DNA of 62,129 nt, filler included, from 9 parts of 9 records of this genome joined end to end with filler, not necessarily neighbours in it, one strand, 5' to 3'; numbered from the whole stretch's first letter, positions 13,003-23,695 are shown. The notes: a model not told the origin generated them from the sequence alone. Numbers and translations: made by a program.

Positions 13003-14568
13003 TCATTCGGCTAATTGCTTCTTCTTTTCTTGCGAGCTTAAAGCCTCTAGCACGCTCGGTAGCGGCCTATAGCTCGCACTCGCACTCGCCGACCCAACCC
13101 GCTCCAGCCCTGGCACTCCCACCGCCACAACCTTTGCGCTCCATCCACCCAGTAAGGCGGGGGCCAAGAAGAGTGTGTCCGGCCATTTGGATTGGTCGGC
13201 CCATAGCCTGCCGATGATCTTGGCCCCTTGTGCCCCGAGTGCCCCGATTGCCTTGTCAGCAAGCGCTTGCCTGCCTGGGCTGTCGAGGCGGCTCATCCCA
13301 GCCTGTTCGGCGGAGGTGACCATCATCTGCTGCATCACCGGGGCCTGGCTGGTCTTGCTCTCCAGTTGGAGCGGGCGGGTCTTCTCTATCAGCGCCAGGA
13401 AGAACCCTCCGCTGTCCTGCTCATCTGGGAGCACTCTCGCACACCGCTCCAGCTGGAGCGAGCTGTTGTCCTCGTGCGGCCACATGCTCCCGGGCATATG
13501 ACCAGTCTGGCAGTCCAGCCACTCAAGCGCCGGCTCGCCAGACTCCGGATCCTCCACCTGCCGCGCCACCGGCCAACTCGAGCGCCCAGGCTCCATCGTG
13601 ACCCCAGCCAGCCTGCTGTGCACGTCCAGCAGCCGGAGCGCGCCCTGGCCCCGCCGGAGGAGCGCGGCCACCACCGCCTCGTCCTCGATCGGGTTGAGGC
13701 TGCAGGTGGAATAGACCATCCTGCCGCCCACTGCCAGCAGCCCGGCCGCCCGGCAGCCGATGTTGAGCTGGATCGGATGCAGCTCACTCCCAAGCCCGGG
13801 GCCCCACGCGCCCAGCAGCTCCGGCGCCTTGCGCACCGTCCCGTCCCCCGAGCACGGCACGTCAGCCAGCACCTTGCTGAACCCTTCCGGCCCGGGCAGC
13901 CCGGGGACTTGCTCGCCATAGTGCTGGCTGACCACCAGCGCCGCCCTCTCGCCAGGGTGCGCCTGCTTGTGCCGCCCGACCGTGGCCACAATCCGCTCGG
14001 CCCGCTCCCTGTTGGCGTCGTTGGCGCACACCAGCCCGGTCGGGCCGGCCATCTCGAGCATTTGCATCGTCTTGGAGCCCGGGGCGGCACAGCTGTCCAG
14101 AGCGGTCTCGCCCGGCCGCAGATCGAGCAGCACAGCCGGCAGCATCGAGACCAGCTCCTGCCGGGCCATCAGCCCGTCCTGACAGCCCCGCTGAATCGTC
14201 CGCTGCAGCTCGGCCAGCTGCGGGTCTTTCTTGGCCCCTGCCAGCAGCCCGGCCCGCCCGACCGGCAGCTGGAAAGCCGGCACCGCCTGCAACCAATCCA
14301 CCCGCCGCGCCCCGAGCTGGGTCAGCCGAGCGGCGGCCTCGGGCGGGTGCGCCGGGTGCAGCCGGACAGTGACTGGGAGCGGGGTGCGCAGGCACTTGAG
14401 CAGGCTGGGCCAGCGGGCGGGCGGGACCAGCGCCCTGGTGTAGTAGCGCTCGAACAACTCGGCCCCGAACTGGAGCCCGGGCCTGCCGCCGCCGCCCGAC
14501 AGGTGCTTGGTGAATGGGTTGGGCTTGCACTCGCCCCCCGCCCGCTTCCGCTTCTTCTTCCGGGGCAT
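13003..14568 (-). CDS. RNA cytosine-C5 methyltransferase, NSUN2/Trm4-like (RsmB/NOP2 family)
   Basis: RQELVSMLP, LDSCAAPGSKT, ANDAN, DVPCSGDG (motif IV Cys), YSTCSLNPIEDE (motif VI Cys) and DSGGFF. Confidence 0.92.
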   Translation of the reverse strand: MPRKKKRKRAGGECKPNPFTKHLSGGGGRPGLQFGAELFERYYTRALVPPARWPSLLKCLRTPLPVTVRLHPAHPPEAAARLTQLGARRVDWLQAVPAFQLPVGRAGLLAGAKKDPQLAELQRTIQRGCQDGLMARQELVSMLPAVLLDLRPGETALDSCAAPGSKTMQMLEMAGPTGLVCANDANRERAERIVATVGRHKQAHPGERAALVVSQHYGEQVPGLPGPEGFSKVLADVPCSGDGTVRKAPELLGAWGPGLGSELHPIQLNIGCRAAGLLAVGGRMVYSTCSLNPIEDEAVVAALLRRGQGALRLLDVHSRLAGVTMEPGRSSWPVARQVEDPESGEPALEWLDCQTGHMPGSMWPHEDNSSLQLERCARVLPDEQDSGGFFLALIEKTRPLQLESKTSQAPVMQQMMVTSAEQAGMSRLDSPGRQALADKAIGALGAQGAKIIGRLWADQSKWPDTLFLAPALLGGWSAKVVAVGVPGLERVGSASASASYRPLPSVLEALSSQEKKKQLAE

Positions 14569-14667
14569 AATCTATAGCCTTGTACACAGCGGTCGGCACA
14601 AGCAATAGCCTGCCGACAGGTGCTCACAACCCAAAAGTCCGTTAGCTTGGTCGACACCGACCCGGCT

Positions 14668-15625
14668 ATGGAGCTGTCCGGGCGCGAGCGGGAGCTGCTG
14701 GAGCTTCTGGAGGCGGCCGGCGGCCCGGGGGTGCGGCACTGGAACCAACTTGCGTTCCAGCGCGCGCTCGACCGGGCCGGCCGGCTAGAATTCAGCCCCG
14801 GGCCCGAGTGCGCCCGCCGGCTGCGGAGGTTCGGGCCGGGCCCGGCCGGCCAGCAGCTGCTCCGAGCGCTGGCGCTCAACCCGCACGCCTCGGGTGCCCA
14901 GCTGGAGGGGATGCCCGGCGAGTTCGACCGGCTCGGGCTCGAGCTCGGACCCGAAATCTCGCAGGCGATAGGAGAGGCCGCCTACGCCCAGCAGCTCGCC
15001 GGCAGCCACTTCGAAGCGGCCGAGCGGCGGGCGATGGGCTGCCTGCTCCGGTCGGCGGGGGTGCGGGCGGGGGCTGTGGGCGCGGTGTGGGAGCCGTTCG
15101 GTCGGTGGGCCGAGCAACCGGTAGACTCGGCCGGACTAGAAGTGCTGCTCTGGGCGTTGGAGCCGCCCCGCCCGCCGGCAGACCCTCTCCCGGCCCAGCC
15201 CGAGGCCGCCGTGCTCAGCGCGCTCCAGCGGTCCGCCGCCCGGATGCCCGCACTGAGCCCGGCCCAGGGCCGACCACCGAGCCTGGATGGCGGCTGAACC
15301 GTCGCTGGTGCGGAGGGCGGCGGAGAGCCGGGCGACAGTGGCCGATGCGGTGCTGCGCGCAGCTGGGAGCTGCCTGGCCCGGCTGCAAGCGGCCGACGCG
15401 GCTTTCTTAGCAGGAGACGGGCACGCGGGCAAGCTGAGACTGGAGGGAGAGTACTTGGGCTGTTGTCGGATTGTGACACAACTTGCTCAGTCAGCGGCCC
15501 TGGCCCCAAAGCTGCGGTGCGCCGAGGGGCGGTGCTCGATGACCGGGCGGGCAGGGAAGTGCTGCTGCGAGCCGGTGGGCGCGCGGATAGGTTTGTGCAC
15601 GGGCTGCTGCAAGAGTGTGAGCTGA
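14668..15625 (+). CDS. Hypothetical protein (intron-containing, exon structure uncertain)
   Basis: GC-rich coding-like ORFs 14668-15297 and 15287-15625, divergent from the NSUN gene and followed by an AT-rich 3' region. No recognised domain. Confidence 0.45.
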
Positions 15626-15675
15626 TGGACTGGTTATGACAATGAAGCGCTTACAAGTATTATAAACGGCAGTAC

Positions 15676-16540
15676 TTAATTGACGGTGGTGCTATCGGAT
15701 ATTAACCTAGCAAGGCCGGTCATGGGCTTGTATCTGGGCAGCTTGCTGCTTGCTTGTTGCTCTATGCTCGGACTCACCCAATCCCTCAGCCTCTCTACTG
15801 TCCTGCTCACCAACCCCTCCTCCGGCAGCTCGGCCGTGCGCACAATGTACCGCCCGCCCGCCTTGTTGCTGCACGGCACGAACTCGGCCGGCCCGCTTTG
15901 GATGAACATTATCCCAGTCTCCGGCTCGGTCACGCCCACCCCGACCACCTGCGCACGCTCAGCCCAGACCCACCCGGCCGCGCCTTGTCGCCGCACTCGA
16001 GCCAACGGTCGGACCGCCGGTCGTGAAATCTGGGGCTCCGGCGCAGGTCCACCCCCTCGGGCCAGATCACCACCCATTCCTCCTCCGGCTGCCCCAGGCT
16101 CCCGCAGGCCAGGCCCCCGCGCCCACCGTCTCAGCCGCAGGGATCAGGTCCGCGGTCAGCCTCGGCGCGGGCCGCTGGTCCATCGGAATCGCCGGCTCCG
16201 GGATCTTCTCTAGCGTCCCAGCCGGCTCCCGGGGGGCGGCCGGCGGGTTGGCCGGCGGGGTCTCGGCCAGCGGCGGCTCCAGCCAGTCGATCTCGGTGTC
16301 GGTATCGGTCTCCTCCGAGCGCAGCCGGGCAGCCTCCTCCTCGGCCGCCTTCAGGCTGGCCGCCGCCTGCTCGGCCGCCTGCCGCATCCAGGCCGGCTCC
16401 CGGCTCGGGGGAGCGTCCATTCTGATCTCCGGCCCGGCCTCCCACCCGCTGAAGTCCGGACGGTCCGGGGGCCGGTCCTCGGCCGGGCTGCTCCCCGCAC
16501 ACAGCCGCCCGCCCGCACACCGGCCGTGTGCACACCCCAT
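15676..16540 (-). CDS. Hypothetical protein with N-terminal MGC lipidation-type motif and a possible SH3b-like domain
   Basis: Introns 16089-16126 (GT-AG) and 15949-15983 (GC-AG) give ...EEWVVIWPEGVDLRRSPRFHDRRSDRWLECGDK|VVGVGVTEPETGIMFIQ... Confidence 0.55.
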
Positions 16541-17000
16541 CCGCTCACACCCCCACGACCCTGCGCTAGCCCGACGCCGCGGGCTCGCCGCTCGCCACGA
16601 GTCCCCGTGAGACGTTGCTCGGAGTGCAGGGCGTGTGCATGCTCGGCTGACAATAACCTGACACGCTGATGTCAACATGCATACCGATATCTATCTATTA
16701 TAATAGAGAATGGAATGCAGCATGATGCAAATGAACCTAATTGAGAGTGCAAGTCGTACATTTGAACCATACATTGGGTCTCTCTGCATGATAAGTACCG
16801 TATCGGAATAATTGCCTCAGGCAGCCGTCTAGTTGGCTACGTATCAATACCAGCCGTGGGCGGAGCCTCTTTGGAGCTGTCAACAGAGCCAGTATGTTAG
16901 TAAGTGTACCTCCTTGCTCAGGATATATAGGCGGTACTCGGACTGGTGACAGCTATAGACAATACGTCACAGTCGACACGGTTGACAATCATTAACCAGA

Positions 17001-17453
17001 CTAGAGCTCTCTCCCGGCCGCGGTGCACTCTCCCCGGCTCATTTTGAGCGACACCGAGCCGATCAGTGGTAGCCCGCCCACGGAGACCTGCCCCCGCGGC
17101 TGAGCCCCGCCCAGCGGCCAGTGGACCAGCACGGCGTCGGGCGACTCTAATGCGACCTTCACCGACGAGAGCGGTATGCTGTATTGGTCCAGCAGCCGGC
17201 GCAGGCACTTTGCCGGCTTTGTCACCCGGAGCTGCTCGGCTGTGGCCTCGAACCGGGAGCCGGCGCAGTAGGGCACGGTCAGCTGGTCGCCCTCTAGCGC
17301 AAAGCTGAGCTGATCGCCGTCGAGCCGGAGCCGGGCCCGGACCTGCAGGTCGAGGATGATCAGCGACAGCCGTTTCCTCCCGCAGAACTCCCCGGTCGGG
17401 CTGCCCGCGCACAGCCAAACGAGCGAGAGCCCGAGCACGGCGAGGAGCCGCAT
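17001..17453 (-). CDS. Small secreted four-cysteine protein
   Basis: Signal peptide MRLLAVLGLSLVWLCAG followed by PTGEFCG. Probable in-frame 39-nt intron near the 3' end. Confidence 0.65.
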   Translation of the reverse strand: MRLLAVLGLSLVWLCAGSPTGEFCGRKRLSLIILDLQVRARLRLDGDQLSFALEGDQLTVPYCAGSRFEATAEQLRVTKPAKCLRRLLDQYSIPLSSVKVALESPDAVLVHWPLGGAQPRGQVSVGGLPLIGSVSLKMSRGECTAAGREL

Positions 17454-17519
17454 GGTCCGACGAGTAACGGAAATCCTCCAGCACCGCAACCCGAGTCACC
17501 GACGAGTCACCGCAACCCG

Positions 17520-19052
17520 ATGTGGATCGAGTCCCTGACGCTGCTGGGGCTGCTTTGCCGTGCTTCGGGTGCCCTTGAGTTCCACCACGCGCACCCCGGA
17601 CTGCTCGACCCACAGGCCTTCCCCGACCCGAGCCACCGCAAGCACGCCCGCCGACTGCTGGCCGGCGCTGTCCGGGACTGGGCGCCCCCGCCGACCACCG
17701 TCTTCTTGCCGGCCGTCTACGGTGGGGACCCGACCGGCAAGTTGGACTCCACTGGGGCGCTGGCCGCCACGATCAGCGCCATGACTGCCGGGCCGCACCC
17801 GCGCGACTTCCAGGGTCGCACCGACTTGGGAGGGGCGGTGCTCGAGCTCGGAGGCGGGGTGTATTCGATCTCCGGTCCGGTCAGGTTCCCGGCCAACTTT
17901 GCCAACTTTCGGATCCAGCGCGGGTCGCTAGTGGCCCGGGCGAACTACACGGGCGGCCCGGGGGACTACATGCTCCAAGTCGGGGCGAGCGGGGCGTGCA
18001 ATGCGACCAGCGGCGGCAAGGCCAATAAAAACTGCAACAGCAACGTGGGGGTGCAGCAGCTGACCGTGGACGGCCAAAACCGGGCCTGGGGCGGGCTGCT
18101 GGTGCAGGACACGATGGATCTAAACGTGGGCCCCGCGGTGATGGTCGTGGGCGTCGACGGGGTCGGGATCTCACTATCCGGCAGTGGAGCGGGGTACATC
18201 CACCATGCATGGCTCGGGCAGTTCGGCCCTGGCGCCCCGAACCCGAGGAGTGCGGCCACGGCCACGATGATCCTGCTTTCGGGCTCGCAGCACGATTGCG
18301 ACGTTGAGGACGTGATCATATTCTCCGGACTGGTCGGTGTGAACTCGACCAACGGCGCGAACCGACTGCAGGGCGTGCACACTTGGAATCTATCCGGCAA
18401 TCAAGGCGGCACCGGGATTCGGCTGCACGGCGGGAGCGGCCGGGTCCAGCAGTGCTACTTGGACTATGCCCCACTGGTGATTGCCATCCCTGGCAAGTCG
18501 GGCAGGAGCGCTGGGCTGTCGGCCCTGGCGATGGTACAAGGCAACCTGTTCCTCGGGAGCTCGACCATCGTGCTCGAGGCCAGCGGGCCAGACGCCGAGG
18601 TGCACGGGCTGGTGGTCACAGGCAACGTGCAGCACAGCTGGAATACAGCCAACTCGACCTTCGTAATCGATCAGACAGCAGGAGCAATCGTGGGGGTGGT
18701 TGACACTGTAGTGGAGGCCAACCAGGTTGGGCCAAACGTGCTTAAGCTCGGCGGCAAACTGAGCACGCGGGCCACCATGTCGGGGGCGCTGGAGGCCGGG
18801 GCGGGGCTGGTCACGCTGGACTTTGGTGATTCGTTGCTGTTTGGTCCGGCAGTTGGGATTGATCCAGCTTCGGTCCGCTGCATGCTGGTCGGCTCCGCCA
18901 TCCCGAGGGCGCTCTCCGCCCAAGTCAAGGGCAACACCGTGACTGTGCACGTGGCCGCCGCCAAAGAGGGCGAGGGCGGTCGCACTAGTGATGCTATGCC
19001 GATGGTGTCTTGTTCCGTGGATCAGTCTAAGAGGTCTGCTCCGGCTCACTAG
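17520..19052 (+). CDS. Secreted pectate-lyase-superfamily beta-helix protein, QRT3 polygalacturonase-like
   Basis: Signal peptide, RRLL pro-motif, YGGDPTGKLDSTGAL and LELGGGVYSISGP motifs, plus N-x-L-x-GVHTWN and YLDY, all characteristic of plant QRT3. Confidence 0.78.
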   Translation: MWIESLTLLGLLCRASGALEFHHAHPGLLDPQAFPDPSHRKHARRLLAGAVRDWAPPPTTVFLPAVYGGDPTGKLDSTGALAATISAMTAGPHPRDFQGRTDLGGAVLELGGGVYSISGPVRFPANFANFRIQRGSLVARANYTGGPGDYMLQVGASGACNATSGGKANKNCNSNVGVQQLTVDGQNRAWGGLLVQDTMDLNVGPAVMVVGVDGVGISLSGSGAGYIHHAWLGQFGPGAPNPRSAATATMILLSGSQHDCDVEDVIIFSGLVGVNSTNGANRLQGVHTWNLSGNQGGTGIRLHGGSGRVQQCYLDYAPLVIAIPGKSGRSAGLSALAMVQGNLFLGSSTIVLEASGPDAEVHGLVVTGNVQHSWNTANSTFVIDQTAGAIVGVVDTVVEANQVGPNVLKLGGKLSTRATMSGALEAGAGLVTLDFGDSLLFGPAVGIDPASVRCMLVGSAIPRALSAQVKGNTVTVHVAAAKEGEGGRTSDAMPMVSCSVDQSKRSAPAH

Positions 19053-19106
19053 TACTTAGCTCACTAGTAATGCGTTATTACTTACCCACATGAGTGCTCA
19101 CTCCAT

Positions 19107-19206
19107 NNNNNNNNNNNNNNNNNNNNNNNNNNNNNNNNNNNNNNNNNNNNTTAATTAATTAANNNNNNNNNNNNNNNNNNNNNNNNNNNNNNNNNNNNNN
19201 NNNNNN
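19107..19206. other. Artificial contig linker
   Basis: Same 100-nt N/TTAATTAATTAA/N linker. Confidence 0.97.
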
Positions 19207-19272
19207 GATAGCGCCATGCTTCCGTTGGCCGTCCTCGGCTTCGAACAATTACATTCAACAACCTCAAACACA

Positions 19273-21804
19273 TCATATTGATAATTTTGCGGTTCCATTG
19301 GCGCCTATTGTGATTAGCTTTTGGACCAGCCGCCGGCTCGGCTCGGGTTCAATCAAACTCAGCTCGACCGCCTCCCCCGCCGCTCCGACGATCTCAAGCT
19401 CCAGCCCCGGGCCGTCGAGGGCGTCGCACACCGGCGTCACACTCTTGAACCGTTGCGCCGATACCGAGATGAACTTGCCGAGCTCACCCAAGAGCCGCCA
19501 GCCTCTGCCTGCACAAGTATCGGGCGCGGTGCGCCAAAGCGTGTAATTGACCGCGGCTGCATCAAGCGCCAGGCGAAGAGGCGACGCCTGGTCGAAACGA
19601 ATCCAACTGACTGGCGGCCCAAACGGCTGGCCGGCCCTCCGCTCCCACGCGACCCCTGTCTCCACTAGCTGTCGGTTGGACAGCAGGTCAGCCGACGATA
19701 CCACATATGCACGCGTGAGGTTGCAACCGAGCACGTACCTCCACCGGAGCCCGTCTATTGTTGTGAGTGTGTGCGTCACTTCGCCGACAGGCCCGCCCTC
19801 GCCAAAGGTGCGCTGAAACCAGACGGGATCTATCGCGAGCGCGGGTCTGTCCGGCTTCAGGAGCAGCCCATCCTCACGGCACACCCTCCGGACCAGCGCC
19901 GCGTCGATGCTCCCGATCCCATCGCCCGGCGCTATCGGGCCGGCAGTGAGCGCCGACACGAGCACCTGCAGCTCGGGCAGCCCTTCTTGGAGCCCCCACC
20001 ACTCCGGTTTGGTGTTGGCAGCCCCACTCGACGGCCCGGTGCTCGAAGGCACAAAGCAAGTGGTGTTTTGCCAGGCCTGCGGCCCCGAGAAGAAGGCGTC
20101 TTTGTACGGCCGTATCCCAACAGCCCAAGGATAGAGACTGTTGGCGCCGAGGAGCAGGTTGGCGAGATGTGTCAGCTTGTGGTCCGAAGGCTTGTTCGTG
20201 CACGTGTCTGGCCGCCTCTTGATCCCAGGGATGTAGTCGGCGCTCACTCGCGCGTGGTTAGCGTTGGGGAGCTGGACAGAATGCAGGAACGCACTCGAGA
20301 TATGGCCGCCGTACTGCTTGGCGATGCCGTATCGGTCCGCTGCCGTCGCCATGTTGGTGAGCCATCGCTCAGTCACACCGAGCTGGGTGAGAGTGTAATT
20401 CATGTCCGGCATCTGCGACTGCATGTGATCGAGCTTGTACACGGCGAGCCCCAGATCGGCCATCCATCTAAATAGCGCGTCCCAGAATGCAGGCTCTACA
20501 GAGAGGCTGGCTGCTGGTTCGACCACCCATCCCCAGCTAGCATTCGACGCATACGGTGGCGGCCCTGAACGGGAGCGGCGGCCGACCCATTCACCCATGT
20601 GCATGACCAGCGGCACACCCACAGCTGCTGAGAACGCTTTGAGTCCGTTAGGGAACATATGCGGCGCCCGGGCAACCGTGTCGTCCCATCGGTAGGTGCC
20701 ACCATAGCCGGGCTCTGTGCCGCCATCAGGCAGTGGCGTCTCGCCCTCACCATACCACCACGAATCCACAAGTACGTACGCCAGCTTGAGCCCTTGCTTT
20801 GCGGCCTCACTGAACACCGCCTTCAGGGAGTCCTCCGCATTCTTACCTTTATCGAGGCCGTAGAAGTAGTGCCCCACGGTACTGTAGCCCAGCCGCTCGA
20901 TCTGAATATTGGCGGTTGGGCTTGAACGAAGCTTGCGGTGCTTGCGAAGCAGCAGCTCGCCCCAGCCAAGCATCGTGTCTGTAGGCCCGGCCGCACCAGG
21001 CTCGCCGGCGTGCAGCACCACCTCGGTCTCAAACCCTGCATGCACTCGCTCGACAGTACCTGGCACGCCGCAACGGAGCTCAGGTTCCGACGAGCCGCCA
21101 GCTATTCCAAACACACTGTCAAAGAACGACACAGTCGGTGAGAGCACTGCAGCGGCCCCAGTGGTTTGGTCCAGCAGCATCAGCGGCACGCCGTCCTCTT
21201 CGAGGTCGTATTGCTTGTAGCCTGCTGGAAAGCGGCCTCGGCCTGTATTAGGGACCCCGATTTCACCATAGCTCACGTAGCCCAGGCCATCAACGCTCCC
21301 CAACCGGGCTTTGCCTGATGCATCAAACGCCGGAAATCCGGAACCAGGAACACCCCACAAGCGGCTGGTTGGTGCCAGCCCCGCGGCAGCAGCCAGTGAG
21401 AAGCCCTCCACGTCGGTGTTGAAGCGCTGACTGAAAGTAACGGTGCGACCGCAAGTGTAGGCCGCAAAGGTCGTTGTCCAGTTGAGGGTGGGCTGGCAGT
21501 CGCTCGGTTCAGTGGCTGTCCAATCGATCGCCAGAGCTCGATACCCACCGAGGCTGTCCCACCCTGAGAACTGCCGGCGGTCTGTAGTCCGGAGGCCCTG
21601 GTGGCTTGACAGAAGCCTGCCGTTGCATGTGATGACCAGTGGTGAAGAGACGAGCCATCGGTCGCCATGGACGCTCACCCAGAAATCACCTGTGCTAGGG
21701 TCGACGCCGAGCGCAAGCGGCGTGGTCGAGTTCCCGGCCCGCCAGTCAGTGCTGCCCTGGATCAAATGCCATGAGATGAGGAGCAACAACACCGGATTTC
21801 GCAT
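19273..21804 (-). CDS. Secreted putative glycoside hydrolase (TIM-barrel, GH36/raffinose-synthase-like, unclassified family)
   Basis: Signal peptide MRNPVLLLLISWHLIQGS, YVLVDSWWY, FPNGLKAF, YKLD, RVSADY, LTAGPIAPGDGIG...CREDGLLLKPDRP. Confidence 0.65.
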   Translation of the reverse strand: MRNPVLLLLISWHLIQGSTDWRAGNSTTPLALGVDPSTGDFWVSVHGDRWLVSSPLVITCNGRLLSSHQGLRTTDRRQFSGWDSLGGYRALAIDWTATEPSDCQPTLNWTTTFAAYTCGRTVTFSQRFNTDVEGFSLAAAAGLAPTSRLWGVPGSGFPAFDASGKARLGSVDGLGYVSYGEIGVPNTGRGRFPAGYKQYDLEEDGVPLMLLDQTTGAAAVLSPTVSFFDSVFGIAGGSSEPELRCGVPGTVERVHAGFETEVVLHAGEPGAAGPTDTMLGWGELLLRKHRKLRSSPTANIQIERLGYSTVGHYFYGLDKGKNAEDSLKAVFSEAAKQGLKLAYVLVDSWWYGEGETPLPDGGTEPGYGGTYRWDDTVARAPHMFPNGLKAFSAAVGVPLVMHMGEWVGRRSRSGPPPYASNASWGWVVEPAASLSVEPAFWDALFRWMADLGLAVYKLDHMQSQMPDMNYTLTQLGVTERWLTNMATAADRYGIAKQYGGHISSAFLHSVQLPNANHARVSADYIPGIKRRPDTCTNKPSDHKLTHLANLLLGANSLYPWAVGIRPYKDAFFSGPQAWQNTTCFVPSSTGPSSGAANTKPEWWGLQEGLPELQVLVSALTAGPIAPGDGIGSIDAALVRRVCREDGLLLKPDRPALAIDPVWFQRTFGEGGPVGEVTHTLTTIDGLRWRYVLGCNLTRAYVVSSADLLSNRQLVETGVAWERRAGQPFGPPVSWIRFDQASPLRLALDAAAVNYTLWRTAPDTCAGRGWRLLGELGKFISVSAQRFKSVTPVCDALDGPGLELEIVGAAGEAVELSLIEPEPSRRLVQKLITIGANGTAKLSI

Positions 21805-21955
21805 GCCGGCTTTGGGCATAGGATTCCCTCGCGACCAGGGCAGCTCCGAGGGTTTGCGCTGGTCGACTCCGGGCCGCACTGCCAGATCAAGTCCGTTGCA
21901 ATTCCGTTATCACTGGATCAGCGTGCAGGGCGGTGCTGTATCGGGTAGTCCGAGG

Positions 21956-23632
21956 ATGGCTGGCAGCCCCATAGCGCTCCTGGGGCTGTTGGCACAGCTG
22001 GTCACGGCGGCACAGGTCTCGCTTACTCTGCAGGGCACCGAGCCAGTGTCCAGCACCGACGCCCGGTACCGTTGCTTCAACATCGACACCAGCTCCAACC
22101 GGCAGTTCTTCGAGATCGACTTCGCCCAGCCCCGGCTGCGCTATCTGGCGGCTGCACTCGGGCCCGGCGGCTACCTCCGGGTCGGTGGCACCGGGAATGA
22201 TCACCTTACATACCAATTTGGGGGGACCCCGTGCGACAGATCGGGTGGGGGGGCTTGCGGCAAGCACGCGGTTGGCAACTGCTGCTTAAATCAGAGCCAG
22301 TGGGATGCGCTGTGCGGCCTTGCCGCTGCTGCGGAGGTCCCGATGGTGTTTGGGCTGAACTTGATGCAGCGCCAGAATGCCTCTGGCAGTGATCGTGCCG
22401 GCCACTGGGACCCAGCGAATGCGAGGCAGCTTTTGGAATATTCAATCGAGACCGGCTGCAGGATCTATGGGCTTGAACTGGGTAACGAGGAGCAGGACAA
22501 GCTCGGGAGCACGATAGAGGCCAGCGCCAGGCGGCTTGCACAGGACTATTTGGTGCTACAAGCGCTGCTCGAAGAACTCTATCCAGTGCAATCCAGCAGG
22601 CCACGGCTGTATGGCCCAGATCCGACCAGCCTCGGGAACCCGGGTGGCTGCCAGATCCCGTCATCGACCCATCTCATTGCTTGTGTGGCTTCAGGTTATC
22701 CTGGCGACCCGCTAGACCGCTACGATGCTCCTATCCTGAGCTTCCTCACTCTCTTCACTGCGGCTGCCAAGGAATTGGGGGTAGATTTAGCGGGTATCAC
22801 GTATCACGAGGTGCTGCTAGTCTTGCTCTTATATGTGGGGCTAACTGGACGGCTTCACAGTATATTGAAGCTAATATCTCGACCTCTAGACAGGCCAACA
22901 AGCTGGACACAACAGCAGTCATCGCGAAGAGCGTTGTTGCTGCAGTTCGAGCTGTCGACCCCTCTCTTGATCTCTGGGCTGGAGAGATCGGGCCACACAA
23001 TGGTGGCGACCCGCCATGCTCCAGCGTCAGCGAGCGCTACAGCACTTTTGCTGACGTGTTCTGGTACGCCGATGCGCTCGGTATCGCTCCTGCAACTATG
23101 GCGATCTCATTTTTGCATTGCAGGAGCTAAAGCGCTGCATGGGCATCAAGTCTTCTGTCGGCAAGACTTAGTAGGCGCTGATTATGGCATGCTCGACTGT
23201 GCGACGCATCTGCCCAATCCTGACTACTACATTGGGCTGCTTTGGAGTCGGACCATGGGCAGGAGAATTCTCAACCTAACGTCTTCAGACACTGGCAGGG
23301 TTCGGTCGTATGCAGCGTGTGCAGCTCGAGGGATCACAGTGCTGCTTATCAACTTGCGGCCCGAGTATGCGAGCGTGGAATTGCCGATGCTCCTTCATGC
23401 CTCGCGCCATGAAGATTACGTGCTCACAGGCCATCTAGAGAGTCAAGGAGTCAAACTGAATAACGTCACGTTGTTATTCATGGGAGACAGGCTACCTCCC
23501 ATGCCTCCAGTGGACAGCAAGGCTGGTGCTATGTTCACCCTTCCCGGCGAGTCGGTGGCCTTTGTTTCGTTTCCTGAAGCGCATCTCCCCGGTTGCGCAG
23601 AAAGAGAAGTTGAGTTAACGATTCGGCCCTAA
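21956..23632 (+). CDS. GH79 heparanase-like beta-glucuronidase
   Basis: Signal peptide, LRVGGT, LELGNE (acid/base), LWAGEIG (nucleophile, restored by introns 22811-22860 and 23081-23123), CRQDLVGADYG and PNPDYY. Confidence 0.9.
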   Translation: MAGSPIALLGLLAQLVTAAQVSLTLQGTEPVSSTDARYRCFNIDTSSNRQFFEIDFAQPRLRYLAAALGPGGYLRVGGTGNDHLTYQFGGTPCDRSGGGACGKHAVGNCCLNQSQWDALCGLAAAAEVPMVFGLNLMQRQNASGSDRAGHWDPANARQLLEYSIETGCRIYGLELGNEEQDKLGSTIEASARRLAQDYLVLQALLEELYPVQSSRPRLYGPDPTSLGNPGGCQIPSSTHLIACVASGYPGDPLDRYDAPILSFLTLFTAAAKELGVDLAGITYHEVLLVLLLYVGLTGRLHSILKLISRPLDRPTSWTQQQSSRRALLLQFELSTPLLISGLERSGHTMVATRHAPASASATALLLTCSGTPMRSVSLLQLWRSHFCIAGAKALHGHQVFCRQDLVGADYGMLDCATHLPNPDYYIGLLWSRTMGRRILNLTSSDTGRVRSYAACAARGITVLLINLRPEYASVELPMLLHASRHEDYVLTGHLESQGVKLNNVTLLFMGDRLPPMPPVDSKAGAMFTLPGESVAFVSFPEAHLPGCAEREVELTIRP

Positions 23633-23695
23633 TTTGGCCTATCAGGACTCGCCTAACCATATTCGTATCTATTCATGCAATGAGTGATTTATTAA

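Noticed and set aside
13047-16678. Many long overlapping antisense and alternate-frame ORFs here and in other GC-rich contigs
   Set aside because: Expected shadow ORFs in high-GC coding DNA. They are low-complexity R/A/G/P translations without motifs.
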